From assembly GCA_050015095.1 (NCBI GenBank), contig JBEKCC010000003.1:27388-91387 (forward strand): a stretch of DNA of 64,000 bases, in the 5' to 3' direction. This stretch comes from Methanoregulaceae archaeon (GTDB taxonomy: Archaea; Halobacteriota; Methanomicrobia; Methanomicrobiales; Methanospirillaceae). How positions within the stretch are numbered: position 1 is the stretch's first letter; every line of letters begins with the position of its first letter. The translations under genes and the position numbers were made by a program. The notes below the pieces were generated by a model that was given only the letters and a program-made list of their open reading frames with translations, was not told where the DNA came from and ran no database searches. Below, piece by piece: positions 47,934 through 57,195 of this stretch.

Positions 47934-49349
47934 TTATGCACACTTAACGTCCTTAATAATGGCACTGATAACCATCGCAACAATGCAGAATATGATGCCG
48001 AAAAGGAACGCAGCATGGAAACCTGCGGTAAGAATCTCCGGTGTATAATTGATTGTATGGAGTCGTGCAGCTTTACTAAGAATGACCTGAACGGCAACTG
48101 TACCGAAGATCGCAACGCCCACTACTGATCCGGTGTTGCGTATCGTCATCATCACGCTGGAAACTCCACCCTCACCTTCCTTTTCACAAGAACCAAGGAT
48201 TGCACTCATATTCGGTGGGAAGAACAACCCCATCGCAACCCCAAGAAGTGCAAGAGCACCAACAATGAATGCGAGGCTTGAGGTTTGGGAAAAGAGCGAT
48301 AAAAGATAGAGTGCTACTGCAGCAAGTACAGCGGCGGATGTTGTTAGAATACGCGATCCAATTCGATCTGAAAGAGCCCCAGAAATTGGGCCAATCACCA
48401 TCAATGCAATTGCAGGAATCGCGAGATAGAGACCGGCGATCTCAGTCGAGATCCCCTGCACCCTCTCAAAGAAGAACGGTAAAAGAAACTCTCCACCATT
48501 AAAGACCAGCATAAAAATCCCTCCGGCCATACTGCCGAGCACAAAGTTTCTGATTGTAAACAGACGCATATCGATGAGCGGAGATGTACATCGCCGCTCG
48601 TGGAAAATACCAAGGATCCAGAACACCGCAGAAGCCGCGAAAGAACCAAGGATAATCGGCGAAGTCCATCCATAGTCAATTCCCTTGTTAAGCGGGAAGA
48701 GAAGTGTTACGAGAGCAAGGAGGAAGAGGACTGCCCCAATAGCATCAAAATGTTCGGTTTTCTGGGATGGCTTATCAACTGGAAGGAACCGTGTTGCGAA
48801 AAAGACTGCCACAATCCCTACAGGTACATTGATAAAGAAAATCCAGTGCCAGCTTAGGTATTTAGTGATGATCCCACCAAGAATAGGTCCAGCAGCAATA
48901 CCGAGCGAAACGATGGTTGCAAGAACGCCGAGCGCTCTCCCTCTTTTTTCCGACGGTAGGTAAACTATAATCATTGCAGGAGCAAGTGCTTCAAGTGCTG
49001 CAGCCCCGATTCCCTGGAACACGCGGAAGGCGATCAAATGTTCAATGGACATAGAAAGACCACAGAGGAGGGATCCTAACGTGAAGACAACAAAACCAGC
49101 AACAAACACCCTTCGGAATCCTTTCATGTCACCTAATTTACCGAATAAAAGTAGACATCCTGCTAGGATAAGGAGATACGCCATGATAACCCAGGATACC
49201 ACCCCGATATCGATATCGAAATATTCAGCAATCGTTGGAAGGGAAATATTGACAATTGTCGAATCAAGTGATGCCATAAACACCGCAAACGCGATGATGG
49301 CAAGGATGGTACGATTGTCACGTACGGAAGATTCCAAACCCGGGGGCAT
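47934..49349 (-). CDS. MFS transporter, DHA2 (EmrB/QacA-like, 14-TM) family
   Basis: Contains FMASLDSTIVNISLPTI, GKLGDMKGFRRVF and 14 hydrophobic segments. The likely start is MPPGLESS at 49349. Confidence 0.8.
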   Translation of the reverse strand: MPPGLESSVRDNRTILAIIAFAVFMASLDSTIVNISLPTIAEYFDIDIGVVSWVIMAYLLILAGCLLLFGKLGDMKGFRRVFVAGFVVFTLGSLLCGLSMSIEHLIAFRVFQGIGAAALEALAPAMIIVYLPSEKRGRALGVLATIVSLGIAAGPILGGIITKYLSWHWIFFINVPVGIVAVFFATRFLPVDKPSQKTEHFDAIGAVLFLLALVTLLFPLNKGIDYGWTSPIILGSFAASAVFWILGIFHERRCTSPLIDMRLFTIRNFVLGSMAGGIFMLVFNGGEFLLPFFFERVQGISTEIAGLYLAIPAIALMVIGPISGALSDRIGSRILTTSAAVLAAVALYLLSLFSQTSSLAFIVGALALLGVAMGLFFPPNMSAILGSCEKEGEGGVSSVMMTIRNTGSVVGVAIFGTVAVQVILSKAARLHTINYTPEILTAGFHAAFLFGIIFCIVAMVISAIIKDVKCA

Positions 49350-49525
49350 GTCAATTGTGTTGATGTAAAACGGTATTATACATTTCTTGTTGTAATTCTG
49401 GTACAACAACAACAAATTTACACAATCTGCTTATCGCTAATGCGAATTGAGGCTAAAAAAAAGATACAATAGAGAGGAGAGGGGTGTTTGCGCATAATCA
49501 CTGTTCAAAGAACTTAGAAAAATAA

Positions 49526-49930
49526 TTAGAGGAGTTTCTTACCTGCAGTCGGACCAGGCTTGCATTCGAAAACCTCTGTAATCTTAACAATAACTAACGA
49601 TCGTGCGGGAAGCGCCGGGTTCTTCACATTGAGTTTCGCCTTCATCTCATCGAATTCCTTCCCACTTGTTTTGACGCTAGCGGTTCCCTTAATCTGATAG
49701 CACCCTTTAACTTCGGGTCCCCAAACATAGAATGCGATTTTTGGATTGGCCTTCAAATTGGCAAGAGTTTTGTTCATGAAATTATCTGTTATCCAGATCG
49801 TATCATCACTCACCAGCTCAATAACCCCAATTGGGATAACGTTCGGAGTTCCATCTTTTGCAGCTGTTGCAACAGGAAAAATTTTCATCTTTCCAAATGC
49901 TTCCTTAATCTCTTGGGTCAACTTCACCAT
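49526..49930 (-). CDS. pyridoxamine-5'-phosphate-oxidase-family FMN-binding protein
   Basis: Contains FPVATAAKDGTPNVIPIG, NLKANPKIAF and CYQIKGTA. Confidence 0.65.
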   Translation of the reverse strand: MVKLTQEIKEAFGKMKIFPVATAAKDGTPNVIPIGVIELVSDDTIWITDNFMNKTLANLKANPKIAFYVWGPEVKGCYQIKGTASVKTSGKEFDEMKAKLNVKNPALPARSLVIVKITEVFECKPGPTAGKKLL

Positions 49931-50001
49931 ACTAAATTCACCTAATTATCCTACCAAATTGTAGGTGTATATACTTTAGTCTATTATCCATTTTCCATTC
50001 T

Positions 50002-51510
50002 TTAATGGTCGGAAATTTCATGACAGACCATGAATATTACATCACGTTTTACTTGATGGATGATATGTGCATATATTTTAACTGGAATCTTCTTTTGAGA
50101 TTTGGTGTTAAATATTGTCTCAACTGAGAATTCAGCCCTTTTATCACAATTTTCTTTCATATTTGCAACAATGTTTTCCGTATCTGTAGCGAACATTGTA
50201 CCGAATAAACTCCGCAAGGGGAGGTTGAGTAAATCCTCTCGTGTGTAGCCCAATATTGTACAGGCTATATCATTAACTTCTATTATGGATTCTGGGTTGT
50301 CACCTTCAGGAAGAGAGAAGATAAAAATCATATCGATACTGTGCTTGAATAAAATTTTATATTGATCTTCACTTTGCATCATACATGTTTTTACTTCCGT
50401 CAAAGCCTTTTCCAGTTCATTTATCATCCAATTGATAGATCGACCCAAGTGCCCAATCTCGTCATCTCCACCTGGTGTCACTCTCATGGAAAAGTCACCA
50501 GCTACCGCCACACCACTTATCTCGCTACTCAAAAAAGCAATGCGAGAAAGTGTGGTGCTTTCTATCAATAAGAGAATTACAACACCATATGACAGGCAGG
50601 CAATAAACAGAATGGTAATAAAATAGTTTGTAGTCAATTTTCCTTGGTTGTAAATATCTCGTGGAACAATTATCCGCAGAATTAAAGCCGGGGAATTAAA
50701 AACATCGTTCACTCTTGCATAGGATGCAATTGATGTATCGTTTACAGGAATTATAAACTGAGGGGCGTTGTATTCAAAATTATCTTCGCTTACTGCTTTT
50801 AGAAAATACGGTTCCCCTTTTGGGATTTGATTTTTCGCATCAATAATGTCACTTGGATTATTGGGATCGTTGATTTCAAATTTTTCAACGGGTAGGTTTG
50901 TCAGTAAACTAAGGTGCTCTATTACTTGCCGGTCGAAATACCTGCCCATAAGAATGCTGCCAAGTACAGGTCCTTTATTTTCGTTTGCGTGAATCTGTCG
51001 CATCGTAATGAGCATTGGGCCATCAGAGAGAGATAAAATACCAGTTAAGCCATTGGTATCAGTACTTTCATACAATCTATTTTTCGGAGTGATGTATGTA
51101 AGCAGACTTTTTGGAAGTGGAATCTCTTGGTGAAGGTTAAGGTCATACATCTTTCCAGCGATAAGATTCCCTGAGGGATCAAAAAAAAGAATAGTGTTGA
51201 ACTGCATTCGTTCAAAATTACTGTTATCGAGTAATGCATTCGCTGTGGAATTATTTGGAGTGGGAAAAAAAGCGTGCACAGACTCCTTGTTCGTCCATTC
51301 ACTTGTCATTGTGTTCATAAGGAGCAAATCGTTGCTCAAAGCGGTTATGACTCGATTCATATTATTTTCTGCACCTTTCTTTTCAAGGTCATTAAACCCT
51401 CCAATAACAATGACCTCAGACACAACGATAAGAACGAGGAGTAACCCAATAAGTGTAACACCGACGATAATTGCAGTCTTCTTACGGATATCCATATTGA
51501 TCAATGCCAC
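50002..51510 (-). CDS. membrane sensor with TM, CHASE4-like ectodomain, TM, HAMP and PAS, but no output domain
   Basis: An N-terminal TM helix is followed by an ectodomain of about 260 aa (SEWTNKESVHAFF...GSILMGRYFD) and a second TM helix. The HAMP-like part is DDEIGHLGRSINWMINEL. A C-terminal PAS follows and the ORF ends straight after it. Confidence 0.6.
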   Translation of the reverse strand: MALINMDIRKKTAIIVGVTLIGLLLVLIVVSEVIVIGGFNDLEKKGAENNMNRVITALSNDLLLMNTMTSEWTNKESVHAFFPTPNNSTANALLDNSNFERMQFNTILFFDPSGNLIAGKMYDLNLHQEIPLPKSLLTYITPKNRLYESTDTNGLTGILSLSDGPMLITMRQIHANENKGPVLGSILMGRYFDRQVIEHLSLLTNLPVEKFEINDPNNPSDIIDAKNQIPKGEPYFLKAVSEDNFEYNAPQFIIPVNDTSIASYARVNDVFNSPALILRIIVPRDIYNQGKLTTNYFITILFIACLSYGVVILLLIESTTLSRIAFLSSEISGVAVAGDFSMRVTPGGDDEIGHLGRSINWMINELEKALTEVKTCMMQSEDQYKILFKHSIDMIFIFSLPEGDNPESIIEVNDIACTILGYTREDLLNLPLRSLFGTMFATDTENIVANMKENCDKRAEFSVETIFNTKSQKKIPVKIYAHIIHQVKRDVIFMVCHEISDH

Positions 51511-51652
51511 CCACTAACGCATCTTAGAATATTCTTGTAATTTTTTAACAAGCGATTAATAATTATAAATATATTGATCGCATCTTCAAACCGATTTTAC
51601 AACAGATTGGGCAAAAGAATAATTGAAGAATTCTATGTTCGTCCACTAAAAT

Positions 51653-52945
51653 TCACTTCGGTTTATAGTAACCCCATTTCTCGAGAGCCTCTTTCAATTC
51701 TTTTGACTTCTTTGCCTTCTCATCCAGGGAAATTCCTTCGTTCCATGCTTCGATCGCTTGCATGGTCGCCTTCGCCCCGGCACGGGTTCCCTTTGGATGA
51801 CCGTGGATGCCCCCGCTTACTAGTAACACTAATTCATTGCCATATATATCGAGAACATCGGGTACGAGACCGGGATGCAGTCCTCCAGATGAAACCGGGA
51901 AAGCAGTTTTTATTCTTCCCCACTCTTGCTCAAGAAGCATGGTATCCACGGCTTTTGTCTTTTTCTCTCGGAGTACATCGGCAAGAATCATAGATTCCTT
52001 TTTTGACCCGGTAAGTTTTCCGACTGCAGTGCCAGTATGGATCTGACTAACTCCAATAAGCCGCATAATTTTTGCAAGGAATTGCATGGTGATACCATGC
52101 TTTTTGTCTCGGTCAAACGTTGCATGCATCGCCCGGTGTGCATGGATAGCAAGACCGAGATCAGAACAGTAATCACGCATCGTCATAACACTTGCGGTCC
52201 CGCTAACCACCACATCAATCATCGCATAGTTCCATCCATAATCAGCGAGTATATCCGCCCGTTTCTTCATCAAATCCGTTTCAGCCGTGATGTTGATGAA
52301 AGCCGATTTCTTGTCACCGGTCTCGTGCTCAGCCCTGTCTCTCATCGGTGTAAGGAACTTTACGCGGTCTTCAAATCGGTTGAAAGATGTGGACGTCAGG
52401 TTCTCGTCGTCCTTGACAAAATCAAAACCACCCATCCACGTCTCATATCCAACCTTTGCATGTTCTCGTGCGGAAAACCCAATTTTGGGTTTTGGTACTG
52501 CACCAGTGAGTGGCCGATCAGAGACGTTCATCATCTTCCGAATTCCATCAATGCCGAAGTGCGGACCCTTGAAGTTGCGCAAATAGGATTGTGGTAAGGC
52601 TACATCGATTAACCGCAGGTTTTTGATTGCTTTCATGCCAAAGATGTTGCCGGCAATTCCACTGAGCAGCTGAACGGCATTACCTTCTTCCCAAAGAGAT
52701 AACGGGTATGCAATTTTTACGAAATTCCCCTCAATCGAAAATGCAGTAGCCTGGAGTTTTTTCATCCGCGGTGGCATGGTAAACAGGGTTGTCCACGTGC
52801 CAGTCGAACTTTCCGAAGCGATCCGCCCAACCGCTTCTTTTTTGCTTATCCCAGCTGCAGGTTCAAAATAAAAAAGACAAATGAGCTCGTCCTGTGCCGG
52901 CGTATAATTGAGATTGACGAATTCATTGTACCAATCAATAGCCAT
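51653..52945 (-). CDS. rbcL: ribulose-1,5-bisphosphate carboxylase/oxygenase large subunit, form III
   Basis: Contains GGFDFVKDDENL (carbamylated Lys), HAHRAMHA, SGGLHPG and GGIHGHPKG. It is 430 aa with no small-subunit gene nearby. Confidence 0.9.
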   Translation of the reverse strand: MAIDWYNEFVNLNYTPAQDELICLFYFEPAAGISKKEAVGRIASESSTGTWTTLFTMPPRMKKLQATAFSIEGNFVKIAYPLSLWEEGNAVQLLSGIAGNIFGMKAIKNLRLIDVALPQSYLRNFKGPHFGIDGIRKMMNVSDRPLTGAVPKPKIGFSAREHAKVGYETWMGGFDFVKDDENLTSTSFNRFEDRVKFLTPMRDRAEHETGDKKSAFINITAETDLMKKRADILADYGWNYAMIDVVVSGTASVMTMRDYCSDLGLAIHAHRAMHATFDRDKKHGITMQFLAKIMRLIGVSQIHTGTAVGKLTGSKKESMILADVLREKKTKAVDTMLLEQEWGRIKTAFPVSSGGLHPGLVPDVLDIYGNELVLLVSGGIHGHPKGTRAGAKATMQAIEAWNEGISLDEKAKKSKELKEALEKWGYYKPK

Positions 52946-52978
52946 AATTTTCCCTATATCATCAAAGGTATTGTCGAG

Positions 52979-52986
52979 TTATAAAT
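52979..52986 (-). promoter_or_regulatory. candidate TATA box for rbcL
   Basis: A minus-strand TTTATAA lies 34-41 nt upstream of the ATG at 52945, implying a very short leader. Confidence 0.35.
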
Positions 52987-53335
52987 GTGCAGAATGGATG
53001 ATTGACCATAAGAGTCGAACCTTTTTGGTTTACTGCATCAACCCGGATTCTAGCTCCTATACCCAGACCAGGGAAAATACCGCCAATCAATCCGATGCAT
53101 CGTCTTTTTTTTTATAAATCAAAAACTACCATTTTTTTCTTTTCTTTCTGAATTTACTTTCGGAAAAACTGAAGAATCATTTATAATCAACCTTTTGAAC
53201 TGAATTCTCCTATTATACATTAAAAGAGGGTAAGGTAATAATTTCTACAAATCCAAACTTCAAAAGAAAAAAAATTATAGACTTTTCATTTATTTGTTTC
53301 TAGTTATATCGCACCGCTATCTAACACCTACATAT

Positions 53336-53488
53336 CTATCTTTTTAGGGGGCATTTGCCTTTATCCCAATAAGGACACTCCTTTTCGATACAATGGCCAT
53401 AAGAACGTAATGTGTTGAGAGATTGTTCTGATAACACACTCCAATTTTCTAATGGTTTACTTGGTGTCGAACAAAACCACTTACCCAT
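53336..53488 (-). CDS. 50-aa Cys-rich peptide (shorter than the ORF-track entries)
   Basis: The sequence is MGKWFCSTPSKPLENWSVLSEQSLNTLRSYGHCIEKECPYWDKGKCPLKR (C6, C32, C37, C45). It lies between the P-loop kinase gene and rbcL on the same strand. There is no clear SD sequence. Confidence 0.25.
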   Translation of the reverse strand: MGKWFCSTPSKPLENWSVLSEQSLNTLRSYGHCIEKECPYWDKGKCPLKR

Positions 53489-53588
53489 GTGCAGTAATTG
53501 ATACAACCATAATCAAAGTGTTTTGGATAGCACAAAATACAAGGACTTTTTATCAATGTCCTAAGGAGGATTACCTTTGAAAATAACC

Positions 53589-54569
53589 TTAAAATGTATT
53601 GGGTAAACCAGCTAGGGACTGTATCAGCATCTGGGTTTCGCGAGGTGTTCCGGTCGTATTGACTAGATAACATTTCGTCCGCTTCAGAAGATGGGTGATA
53701 TACTTGTTTCGAATGGTTGTTTTATAGGAATTCTTTACAAGGAGATGTGGGTTGAAATAGTTGTTTTCTGTAAACAATTTCAATCCATCAATAGGACTGA
53801 TCGGTTGAAGCACCTGTGAATCGTTCTTATCTCGTTTGAGGATTATGACGATCTTTATCGTGGTCAGGGGGAGAAGCCTTCCTTTTCCAACAACCCATCG
53901 GATGTCTGCAACTGCCCGACCTTCGGTATCATACCCACCCTGTTGAACGAGTCCTCCAAATTCTTTCCAAATAGTTGTAAGATCCTCTCGGATGTAAAAA
54001 TTCTTTTCTGATCCATATGCAAGGATATCAGATCCAAATACTCTTGAGAAGAACCAGTCATCCGATACAATTCGTGAATGTGGATCTTGGAGTAACCCAT
54101 ACGTCTGTGTTGTTTTTCCTGCTCCAGATGTTCCGACTATACAAAGACCTTTCCCATCAACGTCCACACATGCACCATGTACGGAATAGACGTCATGCTC
54201 GTCTTCGAGAATATCCCCAGCAAGACTAAGTCCAATCGATTTTATCCAGCCGTAATAATCAAAATTAAAGAGGAATATGGTTTTTGAATAAGGATCAAAG
54301 AGAACGGTGTTGGGTTTATACGAAACGTCTTTGAACACAAAAAGTCTTCCATGTGAACGCACATTTTGTGACATCGAGTAAAAATTTTCCTGCCATGTTT
54401 CTTTTAGTACATGATCATCAGAGAGGAGCTTGATACAGCAACCATATATTTCGGATTTAATTTCATAACGTATTCTTGGAAGATATTGTTCAGTTAGACG
54501 CTCTTTTTCTTCCGTTGATATGAGGGATACTGTGTACATCATACGTCTCTCACGAAATTGCATCTTCAA
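53589..54569 (-). CDS. PEPCK/HprK-like P-loop kinase-fold protein
   Basis: There is a mid-protein Walker A: VHGACVDVDGKGLCIVGTSGAGKTTQTYGLLQDPHSRIVSDDWFF. It parallels HprK (HG..V.V.G.GVL..G.SG.GKS...L....L.ADD) and PEPCK-ATP (GLSGTGKTTLS....LIGDDEHGW) as I recall them. Confidence 0.55.
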   Translation of the reverse strand: MKMQFRERRMMYTVSLISTEEKERLTEQYLPRIRYEIKSEIYGCCIKLLSDDHVLKETWQENFYSMSQNVRSHGRLFVFKDVSYKPNTVLFDPYSKTIFLFNFDYYGWIKSIGLSLAGDILEDEHDVYSVHGACVDVDGKGLCIVGTSGAGKTTQTYGLLQDPHSRIVSDDWFFSRVFGSDILAYGSEKNFYIREDLTTIWKEFGGLVQQGGYDTEGRAVADIRWVVGKGRLLPLTTIKIVIILKRDKNDSQVLQPISPIDGLKLFTENNYFNPHLLVKNSYKTTIRNKYITHLLKRTKCYLVNTTGTPRETQMLIQSLAGLPNTF

Positions 54570-54795
54570 TTAAATATCCGATGTCTCTAATTAATAATAT
54601 CCCGGTTATTTTTTGCCACGACTTTGTAATCGTAGAAGCGACCTGCAGTAAATGTAGAGTGACCAAGTAAATTGTGTAAATGCAAGATGTGCTTAAAACT
54701 CGTCTAATTTGTAAATTACACAAAAATACATATCAATGGAAATTAAAAATGGAAATTAGAGGTTATTTGACTTTATAACCAGTTGGTTGAAGGAA

Positions 54796-54993
54796 ATGGA
54801 AAAAAAAGACAAAATTTTAGTGAGTTTTGGGTTTCTCCTGATCTTATTCCTAACGATCGTTCTCATTTTTTTCAGTGCATACAAGATTATTATGATATAT
54901 CATGATTTTACCTATGCGTTGTTGTCTGTTTTCGGTGCCTTAGGGGTATCAGTCGTTGCGTATTTGCTACTATTACGAGAATATATTGAATAA
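54796..54993 (+). CDS. small two-TM membrane protein
   Basis: The sequence begins MEKKDKILVSFGFLLILFLTIVLIFF and continues to ALLSVFGALGVSVVAYLLLL. It lies directly upstream of the SdpI-like gene. Confidence 0.35.
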   Translation: MEKKDKILVSFGFLLILFLTIVLIFFSAYKIIMIYHDFTYALLSVFGALGVSVVAYLLLLREYIE

Positions 54994-55037
54994 GTGTTCA
55001 GAAAAACAAATGTTGCGATGCAATTATAAGAGATATT

Positions 55038-55688
55038 ATGAGAAAAAGTGAGATTGTTTGTGCTGCTCTGATTTTAATTTCCTTTATCGCTGGTATCTAC
55101 CTCTACTCCCCGATGCCTTATCGAATGGCATCCCACTGGAACATTTCTGGTGATGTTGATGGGTATATGTCAAAATTCTGGGGGGTTTTTTTAGTACCAC
55201 TGATTGCTTTTGGATTGTTTTTATTGTTTCTTATCATTCCCCATATTGACCCGAAAAAGCATAATATCGAACAATTTAGAGTTTATTATGACCGATTTTT
55301 TATTGTAATCATCGTTTTCATTCTTTATATATACCTACTCACACTTCTGTGGAATCTTAACGTCAGGTTCAATTTAATTCAATTGATGACCCCTGCATTT
55401 GCTGTGTTGTTCTACTATTCCGGAGTAGTCATCTCACATGCAAAGATGAATTGGTTTGTTGGGATCAGAACACCGTGGACTCTCTCAAGCGAAAAAGTAT
55501 GGAACCAGACCCATGCTCTTGGTGGAAAACTGTTCAAGATTACTGGCATTATTGCATTGTTAGGAATTATTTTTATAAATTACGCTCTGTTTTTTATCTT
55601 AGTGCCGTTGATTGTTGTAGGAATCTACACGGTTGTATATTCTTACTTCGCATATAGAGAAGAGACAAAAATGGCGCAAAAATCTTAA
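55038..55688 (+). CDS. DUF1648 / SdpI-family membrane protein
   Basis: The DUF1648 part reads PYRMASHWNISGDVDGYMSKFWGVF. The SdpI-like part reads NWFVGIRTPWTLSSEKVWNQTH. Confidence 0.65.
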   Translation: MRKSEIVCAALILISFIAGIYLYSPMPYRMASHWNISGDVDGYMSKFWGVFLVPLIAFGLFLLFLIIPHIDPKKHNIEQFRVYYDRFFIVIIVFILYIYLLTLLWNLNVRFNLIQLMTPAFAVLFYYSGVVISHAKMNWFVGIRTPWTLSSEKVWNQTHALGGKLFKITGIIALLGIIFINYALFFILVPLIVVGIYTVVYSYFAYREETKMAQKS

Positions 55689-55884
55689 AATCAATAATAC
55701 AATTCGATACCGTAATATTTTTGAATTATCTATCCGTCAAAATTAGTATTTAGTGTTTCGAGAGTGAAAAGTGTACGACTCTAGACGTATCGTCAACCTA
55801 AAGAAAAGACTTGGCGTTTTAAATTACACGATATAAGTCAATAAATATATATTAAGTTAAAGCTTTGTTCCTTCTATCTCATCT

Positions 55885-56022
55885 ATGCCATATCCTAAGA
55901 AACCAAAAACAGAGAAGAAAATTTGTACTCTTTGTTATAACACGGGTATTGTTTACCATCCGAAGGGGGTAAAGGTCCCGTGTCCAAATGGCTGTTCAAG
56001 TTATTTTTCTAATAATCGATGA
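55885..56022 (+). CDS. 45-aa basic zinc-ribbon peptide (shorter than the ORF-track entries)
   Basis: The sequence is MPYPKKPKTEKKICTLCYNTGIVYHPKGVKVPCPNGCSSYFSNNR. Confidence 0.3.
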   Translation: MPYPKKPKTEKKICTLCYNTGIVYHPKGVKVPCPNGCSSYFSNNR

Positions 56023-56065
56023 TATTTACATTACATTATGAGTGATTCACCAGATGAGGTGTGGA

Positions 56066-56329
56066 ATGTCAGGAATGTTCCAGACCCCAGAAGGTCAGGA
56101 AATGGTAAAGACCTTCCTAACATCTCCTGAAGGACAGAATATGATGATGAATTTTATATCAACTCCGCAGGGGAAACAGTTTTTGAGCAATGTCCTCCTG
56201 AGTATTCTAGATACGGTTAATGTTCCCCACTTGAAGCGAAAGGCACAATCAGAAAGCTTGCAGAGCAATATCTGCAGGGAACTTCTCCATAATCACAATA
56301 ACATTTTATCTGACGGTTTCTTATATTGA
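56066..56329 (+). CDS. small protein with three [ST]PxGQ repeats (paralogue of 22373..22612)
   Basis: The sequence begins MSGMFQTPEGQEMVKTFLTSPEGQNMMMNFISTPQGKQFLSNVLLSILD. The track start at 56042 is GTG. In-frame ATGs lie at 56054, 56066 and 56075. Confidence 0.5.
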   Translation: MSGMFQTPEGQEMVKTFLTSPEGQNMMMNFISTPQGKQFLSNVLLSILDTVNVPHLKRKAQSESLQSNICRELLHNHNNILSDGFLY

Positions 56330-56345
56330 TGAAAAGTGAGAGTGG

Positions 56346-56849
56346 ATGGTAGAACATAAGCTTGTCAAACTTGCAATTTCTTTTGGGATTTGCCTCCTTG
56401 CCGGTTATTTTAATTCATTGTATGTTCTTCCCTTGATTCCAACGTGGTTCGCTTCTCTTATAAGACCAGACTTTCTCCCATCTGAATCGTATTTTGTCCC
56501 CATTGGACTGGTTGTGTATCTTCTACTAGGTTTTGCGCTATATTTTATCTGGCACTCTGATGCAAGAAATTATCATGAGAAACGATTCTGCCTTTTTCTC
56601 TTCATTTTTAGTCTTTTTCTGAATGTGTTGTGGGCCTACACTTTCTTCGGGCTCCATTCACCCTTCATAGCACTTATGATAATTCTCTTACTATTCGCGA
56701 TTCTCATGTCAACAATATACCAAACGCTGAGTGTATCGTTCGGAGCCACCCTTCTTTTATTGCCTTATTTGGTCATCGCATTCGTTGTTGCGTATACGAA
56801 TTACTACATCGTTACAATGAACCCAAATCTCCCCTTTATCGTGATATAA
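56346..56849 (+). CDS. tspO: TspO/MBR (tryptophan-rich sensory protein) family
   Basis: Five TM helices. Contains WFASLIRPDFLPSESYFVPIGLVVYLLLGFALY and FLNVLWAYTFFGL. Confidence 0.7.
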   Translation: MVEHKLVKLAISFGICLLAGYFNSLYVLPLIPTWFASLIRPDFLPSESYFVPIGLVVYLLLGFALYFIWHSDARNYHEKRFCLFLFIFSLFLNVLWAYTFFGLHSPFIALMIILLLFAILMSTIYQTLSVSFGATLLLLPYLVIAFVVAYTNYYIVTMNPNLPFIVI

Positions 56850-57195
56850 TAATAGAAATTGCCGAGCATTTAGTTCATTTTTCACAATTTTTAGTATATT
56901 TGGTAACCAATGTCATACACAATAATTATAGACTAACCAAGAATTGAAAAATTTAAAGTTTACCGCGTATTAGCTGTACTTTTTTGATACCTATTTTAAT
57001 TTACAACAATAACTAAAACACGACGCAATAACTGCGAAAATAAATGCCCATATTGGAGGTGTCCCCGTTAAAAAGAAACTTACTAACACAACACAATAAA
57101 TTGAGATGGCTGCAAGGTACTCTTGTACCATGTATAAAAATAGAATTCAAATTAATAAAACTATGTGAAACAGGTTTTTCGATAAAAAAAAATTA

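Noticed and set aside
53589-54569. Calling the rbcL-neighbouring P-loop protein a phosphoribulokinase
   Set aside because: PRK/uridine-kinase family proteins carry the Walker A near the N-terminus. Here it is at about residue 147, in an HprK/PEPCK-like context (HG..VDV.GKG..I.G.SG.GKT...SDDW). PRK function is kept only as a hypothesis.
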